Assembly (NCBI RefSeq): GCF_006345805.1
Contig: NC_042997.1
Coordinates: forward strand, 37,820,001-37,884,000
From: Octopus sinensis
Lineage: Eukaryota
DNA: 64,000 nucleotides
Direction of reading: 5' to 3'
Numbering within the stretch: position 1 is the stretch's first letter; the number at the start of each line of letters is the position of its first letter. Positions 42,805 to 56,094 of this stretch are shown here, piece by piece. The notes under the pieces were generated by a model that made no database searches, was not told where the DNA came from, and saw nothing but the letters and a program-made list of their open reading frames with translations. The translations under genes were made by a program, and so were the position numbers.

Positions 42805-43138
42805 CAGACAGAATGAGATAACAAAGCCAAGGATGTGATGAGTTCAGGACATTTATAATAAAGTGAAAACTACTCACAGCCTTAATTTTTCATCTCATTC
42901 TATCTAATATATATATATATATATGCATGCTAATACAAACCCACACTAGACTCCTCAATCGTCGAACCAAGTGTTTAACTACGATCTATCCATAGCACTT
43001 ACTTAGCGTTATCCGACACTCTTTGAGTCTTCAAGGTACCATACTTCTCTCATATATATATATATATGTGTGTGTGTGTATGTGTGTGTGTATGTGTGTG
43101 TGTGTATGTATGTATATATGTATTATATATATGTATGC

Positions 43139-43174
<36 letters not shown>

Positions 43175-43176
<2 letters not shown>

Positions 43177-43308
43177 CGGGAAACTCAGAGTAACAGGTTT
43201 TGTTGAATTTTCTGCTGCTTTAAGTAAAGCATATACTCTACCACTGGTACTTGAGTACTCTTTTTTCCACCTTGTTTCACATTTATGTGTTTACTCCGGT
43301 ATATATAT

Positions 43309-43348
<40 letters not shown>

Positions 43349-43642
43349 ACGGGAAACTCAGAGTAACAGGTTTTGTTGAATTTTCTGCTGCTTTAAGTAA
43401 AGCATATTACTCTACCACTGGTACTTGAGTACTCTTTTTTCCACCTTGTTTCACATTTATGTGTTTACTCCGGTATATATATATATATAATATATATATA
43501 TATATTATATATATATATATACGGGAAACTCAGAGTAACAGGTTTTGTTGAATTTTCTGCTGCTTTAAGTAAAGCATTTACTCTACCACTGGTACTTGAG
43601 TACTCTTTTTTCCACCTTGTTTCACATTTATGTGTTTACTCC

Positions 43643-43645
<3 letters not shown>
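43175..43645 (+). repeat. Three near-identical ~126-bp units separated by (TA)n (43175-43300, 43348-43474, 43521-43645)
   Basis: Unit acgggaaactcagagtaacagg...ttactccggt; copies differ only around gcata(t)tactc. Confidence 0.93.
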
Positions 43646-43687
<42 letters not shown>

Positions 43688-43689
<2 letters not shown>

Positions 43690-45616
43690 CTCTCTAGTTT
43701 CAGCTCAGAGCTGCGGCCATGCTGGTGCACCACCGTTTTGTGCTACACTGTTATCACTAAGAACTACCTCTAATATGTGGCACTTGGTGAAGAATGGAGA
43801 TTGATAGAGCTACCCTCATTTGCACCTCTTGCCGTGAGGTCGGTTCATCTGGGACTCTCGACAGGAAGAGGTCCAGCTTTGACTTACAAACCCCTACATT
43901 TACTTTGTACAAGTTCCTCAGACTCTTTGGGAGAATATTAAAACGCTGTGGGCCCTTGGAACCCATGTTATGGCAGTAAATGGTCCTGAAGCATGACGGC
44001 ATTGCTGGTATATTTGACACTATGCAGTGTGGTCCCGTTGTGGCATTGTTGTAACTTTCAATGCCAAACTTTGGCACAATTCCTTCCAGGATCTTCCAGA
44101 CATATATCACTGCATACCTCTCCCGTCTTCTCTCCCGAGAGTTGAGTCTTAGCTGTTTCAACCTTTCCCAGTAGCTGAGTTGTTGCAAAGAGACGATCTT
44201 CTTTCTGAATCCTTTCTAGATTGCTTCAAGTTCCGCTGTTAATTTCACACTGGTGGGTGACCATAGCTGTGAGCAGTAATCCAGGTTGCTGAGGACGAAT
44301 GTCCGCCAGAGGTCCATCATGGTTTTTCTTATCTCTGCTTCTGAATATTCTTAGGATCCATCCAGCCAGTCGGCTGTACTTTGTCGCCATCCTGACAATG
44401 TGCACAGAGATATTATCGCTCATGTCGATACCCGGGTCCCTCACTGATTTAGGCTCTGCAATTGAAATTCCCTGTGGACCGGTGGACCCTGTAAGTTTCA
44501 TGTTTAGTTTTGGATGCTATTAGCTCAGGGCTTGGAATTTTTCAGCTTTAAACTGCATATTATTATCCTCAGCAACCTGTAAATTGAATCCAACTCATCG
44601 CTGGCGTTGTGTATTTTCTGCGAGACTTTTGTATCTTCTGCATAGCTTGCCAGAGTGGCTATCCGGGCATTTCTGGGCATATCTGAGAGAGCCACTATAA
44701 AACGCAGTGGTCCCAAGACATTGCCCTGTGGAACACCGCTCACTATTTGTGTGTTCATAGAGGTGGTTCCATTAGCCACTACTGCCTGACTCCTATCTTT
44801 CAGTAAGTCATGTAACCACTCTCCAAGGTTTCCAGGTATGCCAAGGTCACGCAGTTTGTGGCATATCATACCATGATCCATCTTGTCAAAAGCTTTTGCA
44901 AAATCAAGGTATATTACGTCCACATTTGATTTGTTGATTAACTGCCTCAACACCCAGTCATATCCGTTCCATGACTTTGCTGATGTGTGAAGTCAGAGAG
45001 ATAGGCCTATAGTTTTTGGCATCTGCTCTACTTCCCCCTTTATGTATTGGGCATATTATTCCCTCCTTCAGCTTGCTTAGTAATTTGCCATTTGTAAGAA
45101 AGCTCTGGAGGAGAATCTGGAGGGGCTTTACCAGGTCATGCTTACACGATTTGAGGAGGATTGGTGGGAAACCATCAGGACCAGCAGTAGAGTTTGTGTC
45201 CACTTCATCTATGGCTAGTAGTATATCTTTTTCACTAATGTCAATGTATTTCATAGTAGCTGCTTCGCTGGTTATAGATAAGGTGGTAAAGAAGACCACT
45301 GTTTCGTTCACTTGTCTGTTTTCCAACGGGGTGGTAAAGACCCTTTTGAACTGGTCATTCAGCATCTCACTGATATTAGTTGGACTGTCTGTGAGGGAGC
45401 CATCGTTTTGGAGGAGGAGTCCTATCTTGAAGTGTACTGAGACTGTTTCTTTCGCGTAACGAAAGAAGGCCTTTGGGTTTGTCTTAATGTTTTTTATAAC
45501 CCAGGCTCGTTTGTCTGCTTTCTCCCTCACATAGCATTGTTGCAGACTTTTTTCGATCTCCATCAGTGTTGTTTTTAGGCGGGACGTTTCGCTACTTTTG
45601 GGATGGTAGTTGAGTC
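43688..45616 (-). mobile_element. CR1-clade LINE, 5'-truncated, RT and 3' tail
   Basis: ORFs 44958-45563 (AGPDGFPP...KNYRPISLTS), 44525-44953 (YLDFAKAFDK, SGVPQGNVLGP, YAEDTK), 43757-44188 (LSYWERLKQL...RRRERY); catalytic YADD is YAED; frameshifts and a short deletion at ~44955. Confidence 0.95.
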
Positions 45617-47444
45617 GATATACTTATATCCTACCATACATGAAGTTTAGATATCTTACTACTATTAAATAAATACATAAAACAGCATAGTTAGTAATAA
45701 ATAAAAGTGTTCGTAATTCTAAATTTCTAGACAGAACGGAATATATTTAGAATGTCGAAAACAAATATATTATACGTAGAAAACGTTACCTATTGTAACT
45801 AATTTTATGACGGAAAACAGAAATGTAACTATATGACTAAATAGGTGATATAACATTCTTCAACGTTCAACAGAACCATGGAAGGAAACGACAGGGGAAA
45901 TGGGTAGCATTGACCAGAAAAAAGACAGATTAAAACGAAAGATAATCGATACAACTGAAATAGTTGGAGGAATGCCAAAGACAAATTTATAGAGGACAAC
46001 GTTTTATATAGGAATGCACTCTGAAGACTACCGTGTAAAACAAAGGGAAGATTGAAAGAGTCCAAGAGAAGGAGCATAGTGTGGGGATAAATTTAAAAGC
46101 AGTAATACTTTCTTTTGTCTATATATTCAGCAAATACAGCACAGTTTAATAGCTAAAGATATATGAAGTTTCAATTGACCATCTGAATTCACAGGTGTGA
46201 GTAGGAAGTTAGTTATCCAGGAGAAAATGTCAGAAGTGACATAATAATATAACCATCTAAGGATTATATGATTGTGCATATATATATATATATATATATA
46301 TGAAATAACATATAACAAGGCTTTTAAAAGAGAATATATGGTAAGGATCTTTGTTTCAACGTCAAGTTAAAATAAATCGGAATATATTTCAGTGCATATC
46401 GAAAATTGTAAAACAGTATTTTTGAATTTTCTGCTGATGGAACAATTCACATATGTACAGTAGCTAAGTATCTAAAACATTCGAATATTCACTGAAATTT
46501 AAATAAATATTGCTCAAACAGAAATAATGAATATTCTTCCAGATATCACTAGGCACATGCACAAATCTTATAGTTAATGAGTTAACTTACATTCAAGAAG
46601 GAGCGGAAATGTAACTGCTAAATAAGGGTAGGAAGAGAAAAGAAATGAAAAGATAATTTCTTACTACATTTTAGATATAGATTCCTTCATATATAAGTGA
46701 TAATGTTTTCATACAATTATTCACCCAGCGCCCGTCTACAAATTATAGTAAATTATACGTAAAAATACGTAAAAATGTATAGTTCAAATTTGTAGGGAAA
46801 TTATATCCTTTAGCTTGGAAATAGTAATGGGCCTTTCCTGTTGAGTATATATATCTATGCGGGTATACGCACACGCGCGCCACACATTCTCATGCACACA
46901 TACACACACATACGTGTATGCACGTCATTGTTCAGTTTTATTTCAAGATTTCCTGCCAATAGAAAAAGAGCCGGTTTCTAACCTAGATTAAAGGCTCCAT
47001 TGACATTTCAACATCAACAACGGAGTATGTATGTGTGTATATATGTACGTATATATGTATGTATAATCTTCAACGCTATGTAGAAGTACAGTGCTTAATA
47101 TATTTGATATTTGAAGATTCACATTGTGAATAAATCATGAAAAATTTGCAGATCTCCATAGAATTCCTATAATGAGGTCAAATGTAAATTTTTTAAATTA
47201 GAATTTTAAATAAAATGTCATGTGTATAGGGCCGGTGTGATTTGTGTATACATTCAACTAATCAAATTGTATCACTCACTGAAATATAGTAAAGAAAATA
47301 ATCTATTCCAGTTGTACATATAAACTAACGATACATCTAAAACTAAATACTTAGCAACACATATACAAATAATTGATTATCTAAAGAGTGTATTAATGTT
47401 TCAGTTGATACCATCACCTTCAACATGTACATACATATGGGTGT

Positions 47445-47820
47445 GGAGGCGCAATGGCCCAGTGGTTAGGGCAGCGGACTCGCGGTCATAGGATCGCGGC
47501 TTCGATTCCCAGACCGGGCGTTGTGAGTGTTTATTGAGCGAAAACACCTAAAAGCTCCACGAGGCTCCGGCAGGGATGGTGGTGATCCCTGCTGTACTCT
47601 TTCACCACAACTTACTCTTACTTCCTGTTTCTGTTGTACCTGTATTTCAAAGGGCCGGCCTTGTCACTCTCTGTGTCACGCTGAATATCCCCGAGAACTA
47701 CGTTAAGGTAACACTGTCTGTGGAGTGCTCAGCCACTTACACGTTAATTTCACGAGCAGGCTGTTCCGTTGATTCGGATCAACCGGAACCCTCGTCGTCG
47801 TAACCGACGGAGTGCTTCCA
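47445..47820 (+). mobile_element. SINE family A (full length)
   Basis: Same as 2120-2504; TSD acatatgggt at 47433-47442 and 47825-47834. Confidence 0.93.
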
Positions 47821-47910
47821 AAAAACATATGGGTACATACAGATATACATTTAAGCATCAATATATGTATATATACACTTATGCAATACACACACCCGTA
47901 TATATATATA

Positions 47911-48318
47911 TTCTTTTATTCTTTTACTTGTTTCGGTCATTTGACTGCGGCCATGCTGGAGGGCTTTAGCAGAGCAAATCGACCCCCAGGGCTAATTTGT
48001 CAAGCCTAGTACTTATTTTATGGTCTCCTTTCGCGAACTGCTTCGTTACGGGGTTGTAAACACGCGAACACCGGTTATCAAGCCACGATGGAGGGGGTAA
48101 CCACAGACAAACAGACACACACACTCACACACATACACACATACACTTACACACACACACGACCGTCTTCTATCTGTTTCTGTTCACCAAATCCACCCAC
48201 AAGGCTTTGGTGGGCCTGAGGCTATAGCTGACGATATTTGCCAAGATGTCACGTAGTGGGACTGAACCCAGAACCATGTGATTGGGAAGCAAACTTTTGA
48301 GCACTCAGCCATGCCTAT
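47911..48318 (-). mobile_element. SINE family B, diverged full-length copy
   Basis: Tail (plus) cttgtttcggtcatttgactgcggccatgctgga, internal (CA)n, head gggactgaacccagaaccatgtg. Confidence 0.82.
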
Positions 48319-49137
48319 CACGTGTGTTGATACATAATATGTGGTATGGAAGTGTGTGAGAAAGGCATATATGCCGAAAATAGTTGTAGTATTAGTACTA
48401 ATAAAACAATGAAAAATATCGTAAATCAATCAAGGGTTCTGACAAAATTTCACTAATTTTGCTAGATTTTATTTAATTGTTTATATTATCCTTCTAGTAG
48501 TGGATGCTTTACTAAATTCAATGAGTATAGTCTATATGTTTATTTGTTCCATAGCGACATTAGGTGATTGTCAGTCCTACACAATCTGTCGATTGTGAAG
48601 CACGCGGCTGGCTCACTTCCCAAACTCCACCATAGTGTATCTTTTCATAAACCCAGATGGAATTTATTTTATACATAATCAACGTAGTTACATGTCCATG
48701 TAAAGCATAGATCTTTTCTTCATTTAGGTATTTTAAAGTTATCGTGTTTCTTTAGTTCGCAATAAATATCTGAAACACGTTATAACTATCAATATAATTA
48801 GCAATATACTACTTACACTCACCTTTCACAATGAAGGTACAACCTCTAAAGATATCCTTTAGATATGGAAGAAATAAACAACATAAATCTTGTAAATATG
48901 ACCCTAAAAACAAAACATTATTTACTCATGACACGTCTGTGACATTCGTCGCTTGCAATATTTCCTTTCGTTCTTGCTAGTATAGCATATCTAAAACAAT
49001 TACTAATTTGGGAAGTCCAAATCGTCGAAATTGGAACGTAAGGGTCATACTTCTTTCTTAAATAACAACAACATATACATATACTGATGGACCTACCTAC
49101 TTACCTACCTACATACATACATACATACATACATACA

Positions 49138-49173
<36 letters not shown>

Positions 49174-49278
49174 TTCATGTACGTATATAGTGTGTGAGAT
49201 ATATGTATATATATGCATATATATATATTATATAATATATATATATATATATAATATATATATATATTATATATATAT

Positions 49279-49485
49279 AAAGTTAATCCAAACAAGAAAA
49301 CAAAAACAAAAAACAACAACGCAAGGACGTGGAACAAATAAAGTATTATTGGACGCTCAGGAAAGAAGGGAAGAAGGGGGGTTTGACGTTTCGAGCGGAG
49401 CTCTTCGTCGGAAACAAAGGAGAAGGAAAGATCCCGAGAAGGGAAGACAGGGGAAAAAATCGTTAGTGATACAGACGAGGTCACA
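49279..49485 (-). repeat. (TA)n-embedded repeat family F, longer copy
   Basis: Reverse complement of 40909-41027 plus extra sequence; shares tatt...tgg(a)cgctcaggaa with family E. Confidence 0.82.
49381..49415 (-). ncRNA. 35-nt minimal type-I hammerhead-like motif, U4C core
   Basis: Minus: gttt CCGACGA a GAGC tcc GCTC GAAA cg TC aaac; 4-bp stems I and II, ACGT palindrome, GUC triplet. Confidence 0.75.
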
Positions 49486-49560
49486 TACTATATATATATA
49501 TATACACATACATATACATACATATATATATATATATTTACACACACACCCAGATATACA

Positions 49561-49957
49561 TTTTTCTTTCTATTTTCATTCACGTGTTTCAGTCATTTTG
49601 ACTGTGACAATGCTGGAGCACCGCCTTTAGTGGAGCAAGACCACACGACTTATTCTTTGTAAGCCTAGTACTTATTCTGTCAGTGTCTTTTGCCTAACAC
49701 TTTAAGTTACGGGGGTGTAATAGAATCAGTTGCCAAGCGATGTTGGGTAGACACAGACACACAAACATATTTTCACACAAACATATTCACACACACACAT
49801 ATATACATATATACGACGGGCTTCTTTCAGTTTCCGTCTACCAAATCCACTCACAAGGTCTTGGTCGGCCCGAGGCTATAGTAGAAGACACTTGCCCAAG
49901 GTGCTACGCAGTGGGACTGAACCCGGAACCATGTCGTCGGTAAACAAGCTACTTACC

Positions 49958-49958
<1 letters not shown>
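49561..49958 (-). mobile_element. SINE family B, near full length
   Basis: Tail gtttcagtcattttgactg...gctggagcaccgcc, CORE-like gtagaagacacttgcccaagg, head gggactgaacccggaacc; 5' end runs into (TA)n. Confidence 0.87.
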
Positions 49959-50029
<71 letters not shown>

Positions 50030-50927
50030 GTGTATCTGTGTGTGTTGAGATACAGATACATGTATATACATATAAATGTATGACAAGAACATGGGGATAT
50101 GTGTCCTTACGAGTGAAATTAATCAACATTATCATCAACGTTATTTTAGATTAAATTCAAATTATATTTACATCCGATTAATGATAATATAAGCGTACAA
50201 TAAATATGATAACTTATATTATCTTCAAGCATGTATCTATATGCGTGTGTGAGCGTGTGCGCCGCGTGTGTGTGTATGAATGAAGATTTACTTGTATATT
50301 TACTACATAAATACATATCAAATGACGGACAAAATACACATACGCGCACTCTCACGTATATTTATACATATGCGTGTGTATATGTGCGTCTGTTTGCTTC
50401 TATATGTACAAACCCGTATATATTTATCCGTATGTTTGAATTGAGATGTATAGCAAGTATACACATAAACAATAAAATGTATCTGACTATTAGGAACAGA
50501 ATAACCACAGATGTATTGAGCAGACACTTGTGAATTAGACATTAGAGTTGGATAACCACTGACCATATTATAAAGTTCAACAAACATGACCTTCTTACAA
50601 TACACTTAGCGGCATAAATAGGCTATTTAATTACATTTATAAAATAGATGTGTCTATTACTGATTGAGGTCAGAGTTCGAAATTTGCAATAAAAAGCTTA
50701 CGTTTCAATGTTTAATGTAATGAATGTTTTGTTTTGAAATGAACAATTTTCACCTGGGGTTACAATTATAGATATAGTGAACGTTATGCACAACCACGTG
50801 TATATACACATGCACGGCCAGAATCAATGGTGCGTTTAAGTGTATATGTGTTTATATATGTATGCATGTATATATATATATATATAATATATATATATAT
50901 AGATATATATATATAGATAGATAGATA

Positions 50928-51170
50928 AGTTTCTTTATTGGCCACACAGGGCTGCACACGATGGGACAAGTTACAAGGTAGAGCTTTTCTTTTGGGAGGG
51001 GGATGAAAACAAAAACAAGAAAAAAAAGGGGGGTGGCTTGGTTTTCGATCAAGAGGGATCGTAAAAGGGAAGAAAAGAACAAAAACAAATTACAAAAAAA
51101 ATTGAATAAAATAAAAAGAAAAAAAGAAAAAAAGAAAAAGGAAAAGGAACAAAAGGAAAGAGAAATGAAA

Positions 51171-51173
<3 letters not shown>
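50928..51173 (-). mobile_element. Tx1-like LINE 3' UTR remnant inside a (GATA)n array
   Basis: Begins (plus) gtttctttattggccacacaggg, similar to the terminus tttctttattaatcacaagg at 2594; T-rich UTR on minus; (AGAT)n on both sides. Confidence 0.5.
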
Positions 51174-51269
<96 letters not shown>

Positions 51270-51582
51270 TAGATTAGATATAGATATACACGCATACACA
51301 TACGCATATGTATAACTATAGTTTTGTTTATCTATGTATATATGTTTATGAATGTAAGCTCACTGTTTGATATACGTCACTGTTTGAAGTTCTAATTGGG
51401 TACGTATACATATATAAGCACAGTCACAAACAGACATGTGAGTGTGCATGTGTATGTGTGTGTGTGTGTGTGTCTGCATCTGTGCTTGTGTGAAACTATA
51501 TGTATGTGTATTTGCATATGTATGTATGTATACTTATGTTACGATATATAGATAGATAATATATATATATAGAGAGAGGGAG

Positions 51583-51656
<74 letters not shown>

Positions 51657-52641
51657 GTAGATAGATTATATATATATTTCTATATATATATATTCTATAT
51701 AACTAATATACGTACGTAAGCGTATAAGTTTGTTATGTATGATTTTGTACTCGAAAATTATGTTTAATAGTGTAGTTACAGTTGTTGTATCAAATATGTA
51801 AAGTCTGTAATGTTTGCACACATACAATTTTCGCCGATATTGTCCCCTCAAAATCCTTTCGTTTAACATGTATCTTTTTATCATGTACAGATGTAAATTC
51901 TAAAAGCGAAGAGCTAGTATTTGAAATTACCAAATATAAAGAGGAATAAGGGTGGGAAGTGTAAACTTGTTAGCTTTCTGATTTATCTTCTAGTGTATTC
52001 AGTGTTAAATTGAATGCTTTTAGTACAAGAAGTTAGTAACATCGTTACTAAAAGTTTGATGTTGTTTGTAAAATGTGGTATGTCTATAAAAAATAACTTA
52101 TGGAAGTATAGAGATAATGCAGAACAAATAAATTATTGCTGTAAATATTCTCATATTTTCGTGTGCACTTATACATTTACACCGATTTAAACATATCCAT
52201 AGACGTATGAAATCTTTTCAGACATACGTAACTCTCAGTTATTACAAGGGACTCAGGGGTTTTTGGGGTTTTTTTTTTTTTTTTTGGCTTGTTTGGTCAT
52301 TGGCATGAGAGTTTATGATATGTGACTGAAAGAATACAATAGTTTGAAAATAAAATATACAGCCGCAAAATTTTCAAGGACTCTATTTGTTTCAGGAGAA
52401 AATAAGATAAGAATTAGAGTACTGAAAGGGGTAAAAAATGCTGGCATTGTATTTTTAACGGAATGAAGGAACTGAGGAGAAAATGGCATGATAAATTTTA
52501 AATCATGTGAATTTCTATACCTGTCGTTGTGATGTTTAACACTTCAGAAGCCTAAAATTGTCCCTCAAAAAGGAACTGTTGAATGATTGTCTCATTTACT
52601 TTCGTTGGGCTAAAATGCCTCTTATTAAAAGGTAACAAGCC

Positions 52642-52983
52642 GTACCTTGGGAAAGTGTCTTCTACTATAGCCTCGGGTCGACCAAGACCTTGTGAGTGGA
52701 TTTGGTAGACGGAAACTGAAAGAAGCCCGTCGTATATATGTAAATATATGTATATATGTATGTGTGTGAATATGTTTGTGTGTCTGTGTTTGTCCACCCA
52801 ATATCGCTTGGCAACCGATTCTGGTGTGTTTACACCCCCGAAACTTAAAGGGTTCGGCAAAAGACACCGATAGAATAAGTACTAGGCTTACAAAGAATAA
52901 GTTGTGGGGTCTTGATCCACTAAAGGCGGTGCTCCAGCATGGTCACAGTCAAATAGTTGAATAACTGAACTGAAAATAAAAAG
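52642..52983 (+). mobile_element. SINE family B, 5'-truncated
   Basis: Starts at ccttgggaaagtgtcttctactatagcc; internal (TA)/(TG); tail ggcggtgctccagcatgg. Confidence 0.87.
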
Positions 52984-53188
52984 TGATCTAATGGAAACTA
53001 AGCATAAACAAGGATTCATTACGGTTTTCTAATACATTTCTTTCAGTCTTCAGCAACACTTTACTTTCAATTTCATTTCCATTTCATACAGATCGGGTAT
53101 AGTTCTGAACTCATTACATATTGCGTACAGTACCTTGGAATGAGTATAGCACCATATTTTAATTTGATAGATATGCAGTGGTATATAT

Positions 53189-53222
<34 letters not shown>

Positions 53223-53564
53223 AATTATATATATATATTATATATATATATATATATATAATAATAAAATAGGGAATAAATCCAAAATTTACAGCGAAAA
53301 ATCAGATTTAGGATTCTATCGGTATTTTTGTCTCTAATTTAATATAATATATATATATTATATATGTGTGGTGTTGTGTGTGTGATGTGTGTGTGTGTGC
53401 GTGCGTGTGTGTGGTGTGTATATATATTATATGTATGTTTGTGGATGCAAGTATAAATATATATGTCATGTCATGTAATATATATATATATATATATATA
53501 TGTACATATATATATGTACATATATAATGTACATATTATATATATAATATATATATACATTTCA

Positions 53565-53597
<33 letters not shown>

Positions 53598-53886
53598 AGA
53601 AAAGAAAGAGAAAGAGAGAAGAAAGATACGAGATAGATAGATAGTTAGATACGTAGATTCTTTCTAATTTTCACACAATGTCAGCAATTCAGGGTCGGCG
53701 AAAAGTCTATCACTTGGACACCACGACTTCACTAACACTTCAGACAAAGTTCACCTCGGCATCGTTTGAGCATAGACCGTTAAAGTGTCGGAGGAACTAA
53801 GAAGCATTCTGGCCGAAGCGCTAACGATTCTGAAGGATGTCCTTAATATACATCCGTTTGTGAGTGTGTCTATGTGTAAGTATGCG

Positions 53887-53925
<39 letters not shown>

Positions 53926-54027
53926 TATATATATATACACTCGCACATGCATTTACTCGCTTTTGTATTCAGTAATATATGGAAGCTACTGCGTTTAATT
54001 TATTCCTTGAAGAAAACATAATAGACA

Positions 54028-54084
<57 letters not shown>

Positions 54085-54519
54085 CATATATCAAAAATTG
54101 CATATATATGCTCCAAGATGTTGACCTGAACAAAATTTCAACAGCACTTCTATACTGTATTATTATAGAATTATTAGACGATACTCTATTTACTCAAATC
54201 GGTATTTAGTTTAGTTTCACTTAGATTAGATTCTATATCCCCTTAAATCAGTCTTTCATATTATTTATTATTCAATGGTAGATAGAAAACGATCAGTGAA
54301 TACATTTCTGTTGAATGAAACAGTTACAATCTTGAGACCAATACATACTATTGCTATGTTTTTTCTAAAATGAATATTAAATGTCTATTATTATATGTGC
54401 ATTGAAATACTAAATTCTGTAAAATTCAAATATCTTAGTAACGATTGCGGTATGAATGATACATGTTAAACATTCAGAATCACACTAAGAACGTTATTTT
54501 GTTTAAACATTTATTTAGT

Positions 54520-54723
54520 CTTTACTCTTTTACTTGTTTCAGTCATTTGACTGCGGCCATGCTGGAGCACCGCTTTTAGTCGAGCAAATCGACCCCGGAA
54601 CTTATTCTTTGTAAGCCCAGTACTTATTCTATCGGTCTATTTTGCCGAACCGCTAAGTGACGGAGACGTAAACACACCAGCATCGGTTGTCAAGCGATGT
54701 TGGGGAGGACAAACACAGACCCA

Positions 54724-54791
<68 letters not shown>

Positions 54792-54963
54792 CATATATAC
54801 GACAGGCTTCTTTCAGTTTCCGTCTACCAAATCCACTCACAAGGCATTGGTCGGCCCGGGGCTATAGCAGAAGACACTTGCCCAAGATGCCACGCAGTGG
54901 GACTGAACCCGGAATCATGTGGTTGGTAAGCAAGCTACTTACCACACAGCCACTCCTGCGCCT
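54520..54963 (-). mobile_element. SINE family B, full length, young
   Basis: Nearly identical to the reverse complement of 21766-22165, with a different internal (CA)n(TA)n length. Confidence 0.93.
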
Positions 54964-56094
54964 TATTGTTCAGGATCAAATCTTTAGTAGTTCGAAACTG
55001 CAACCTGGTCACTGATACTACATTACAAACAATAGATATTTTAACAGTTTTTGTGTTTCGAAATGTTTAACATGTCGTCCACCATGTTACGATCATTACA
55101 GTTTCAACACGTTCTCAAATAAAATTATTCGTTTGATAAGTACGCCACCGTGAGATCAAATGTTGCTATTTTTGTTCTAAATAAACACACAGATGTTACA
55201 GGTCATGCAAATCACTTATTCACTTGTTTATACCACAGGTCAGAAGATAAATTTCAAATGAAAAATCAAAAGTAGACAAATAGGTCATTCATATACGTTA
55301 CTCTACTCTCTTCTCGAAATCTTGCAAAACACAGAAATATCCTAAAGCAAATATATTTGTGTTGACTCAAATATCCGCTGCAGACGAAGTGCATCCTGGA
55401 AATTATTAATTTTAATTTATCTATGTAGTTTTTGTATATCTTCAAAGTAATTTGATCTTCAAATAACCAAGAAAATTTTACACTCGAGTAAGGTAAATAA
55501 AATTTAAGCAGTTCCGTCTTGTAATTCGCTAATATATGATATCCTTGTTTTAAATCAGACTTTAAAACATTTCCTTTTTGATTTAGTATTTGTATTTGTC
55601 ATTGATCTAGAACAGTTTCTTAGCTGGGAAATGCATCAAACATAACTTCTAGAAGTGACGTTTGTAAACAAGATTTATTATAGAAAAAGCATATAGAAAA
55701 TTATTTGCACAAAACATAGGATACATTTCCAGAGGTAAATTTGGGAATATGTAGCAAATTCAAATTTAAAAATTGAAATGTATTACTTTTAAATTTGGCA
55801 TATTATCAACAAAGCATATAGAGACGATATAACTGAATGTATAATATTTTTTATCTACCTATTGTGATCAATGAGATTAAATTAAATGTTGGATTTCCTT
55901 TAGATTTTTGTGTAGAAAATTTCAGTTTCTTGATAGGAATATGTTTATTTTATAATAGAAATAATATTAGGAACAGTAACGATGATAGTCCTACTTTACT
56001 ATTGTTTAACATTTGTAACTTCAGACGATTATCAATTATCATTAAATGCATGTGTTGTATTACTTCGAGGTTTATATTTTGCTTATAAAATATA

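Noticed and set aside
43175-43645. CRISPR-like repeat-spacer layout
   Set aside because: Repeats are 126 bp, spacers are (TA)n, context is eukaryotic and there are no cas genes.
53275-53316. aatcc...GAAA-aatcagatt-TA-ggatt fold
   Set aside because: Stem I and III look-alikes only; no catalytic core between them.
53790-53830. ctaagaagcattctggccgaagcgcta and similar relics at 16275-16305 and 9270-9300
   Set aside because: Three or more changes are needed to reach a hammerhead; not distinguishable from chance.
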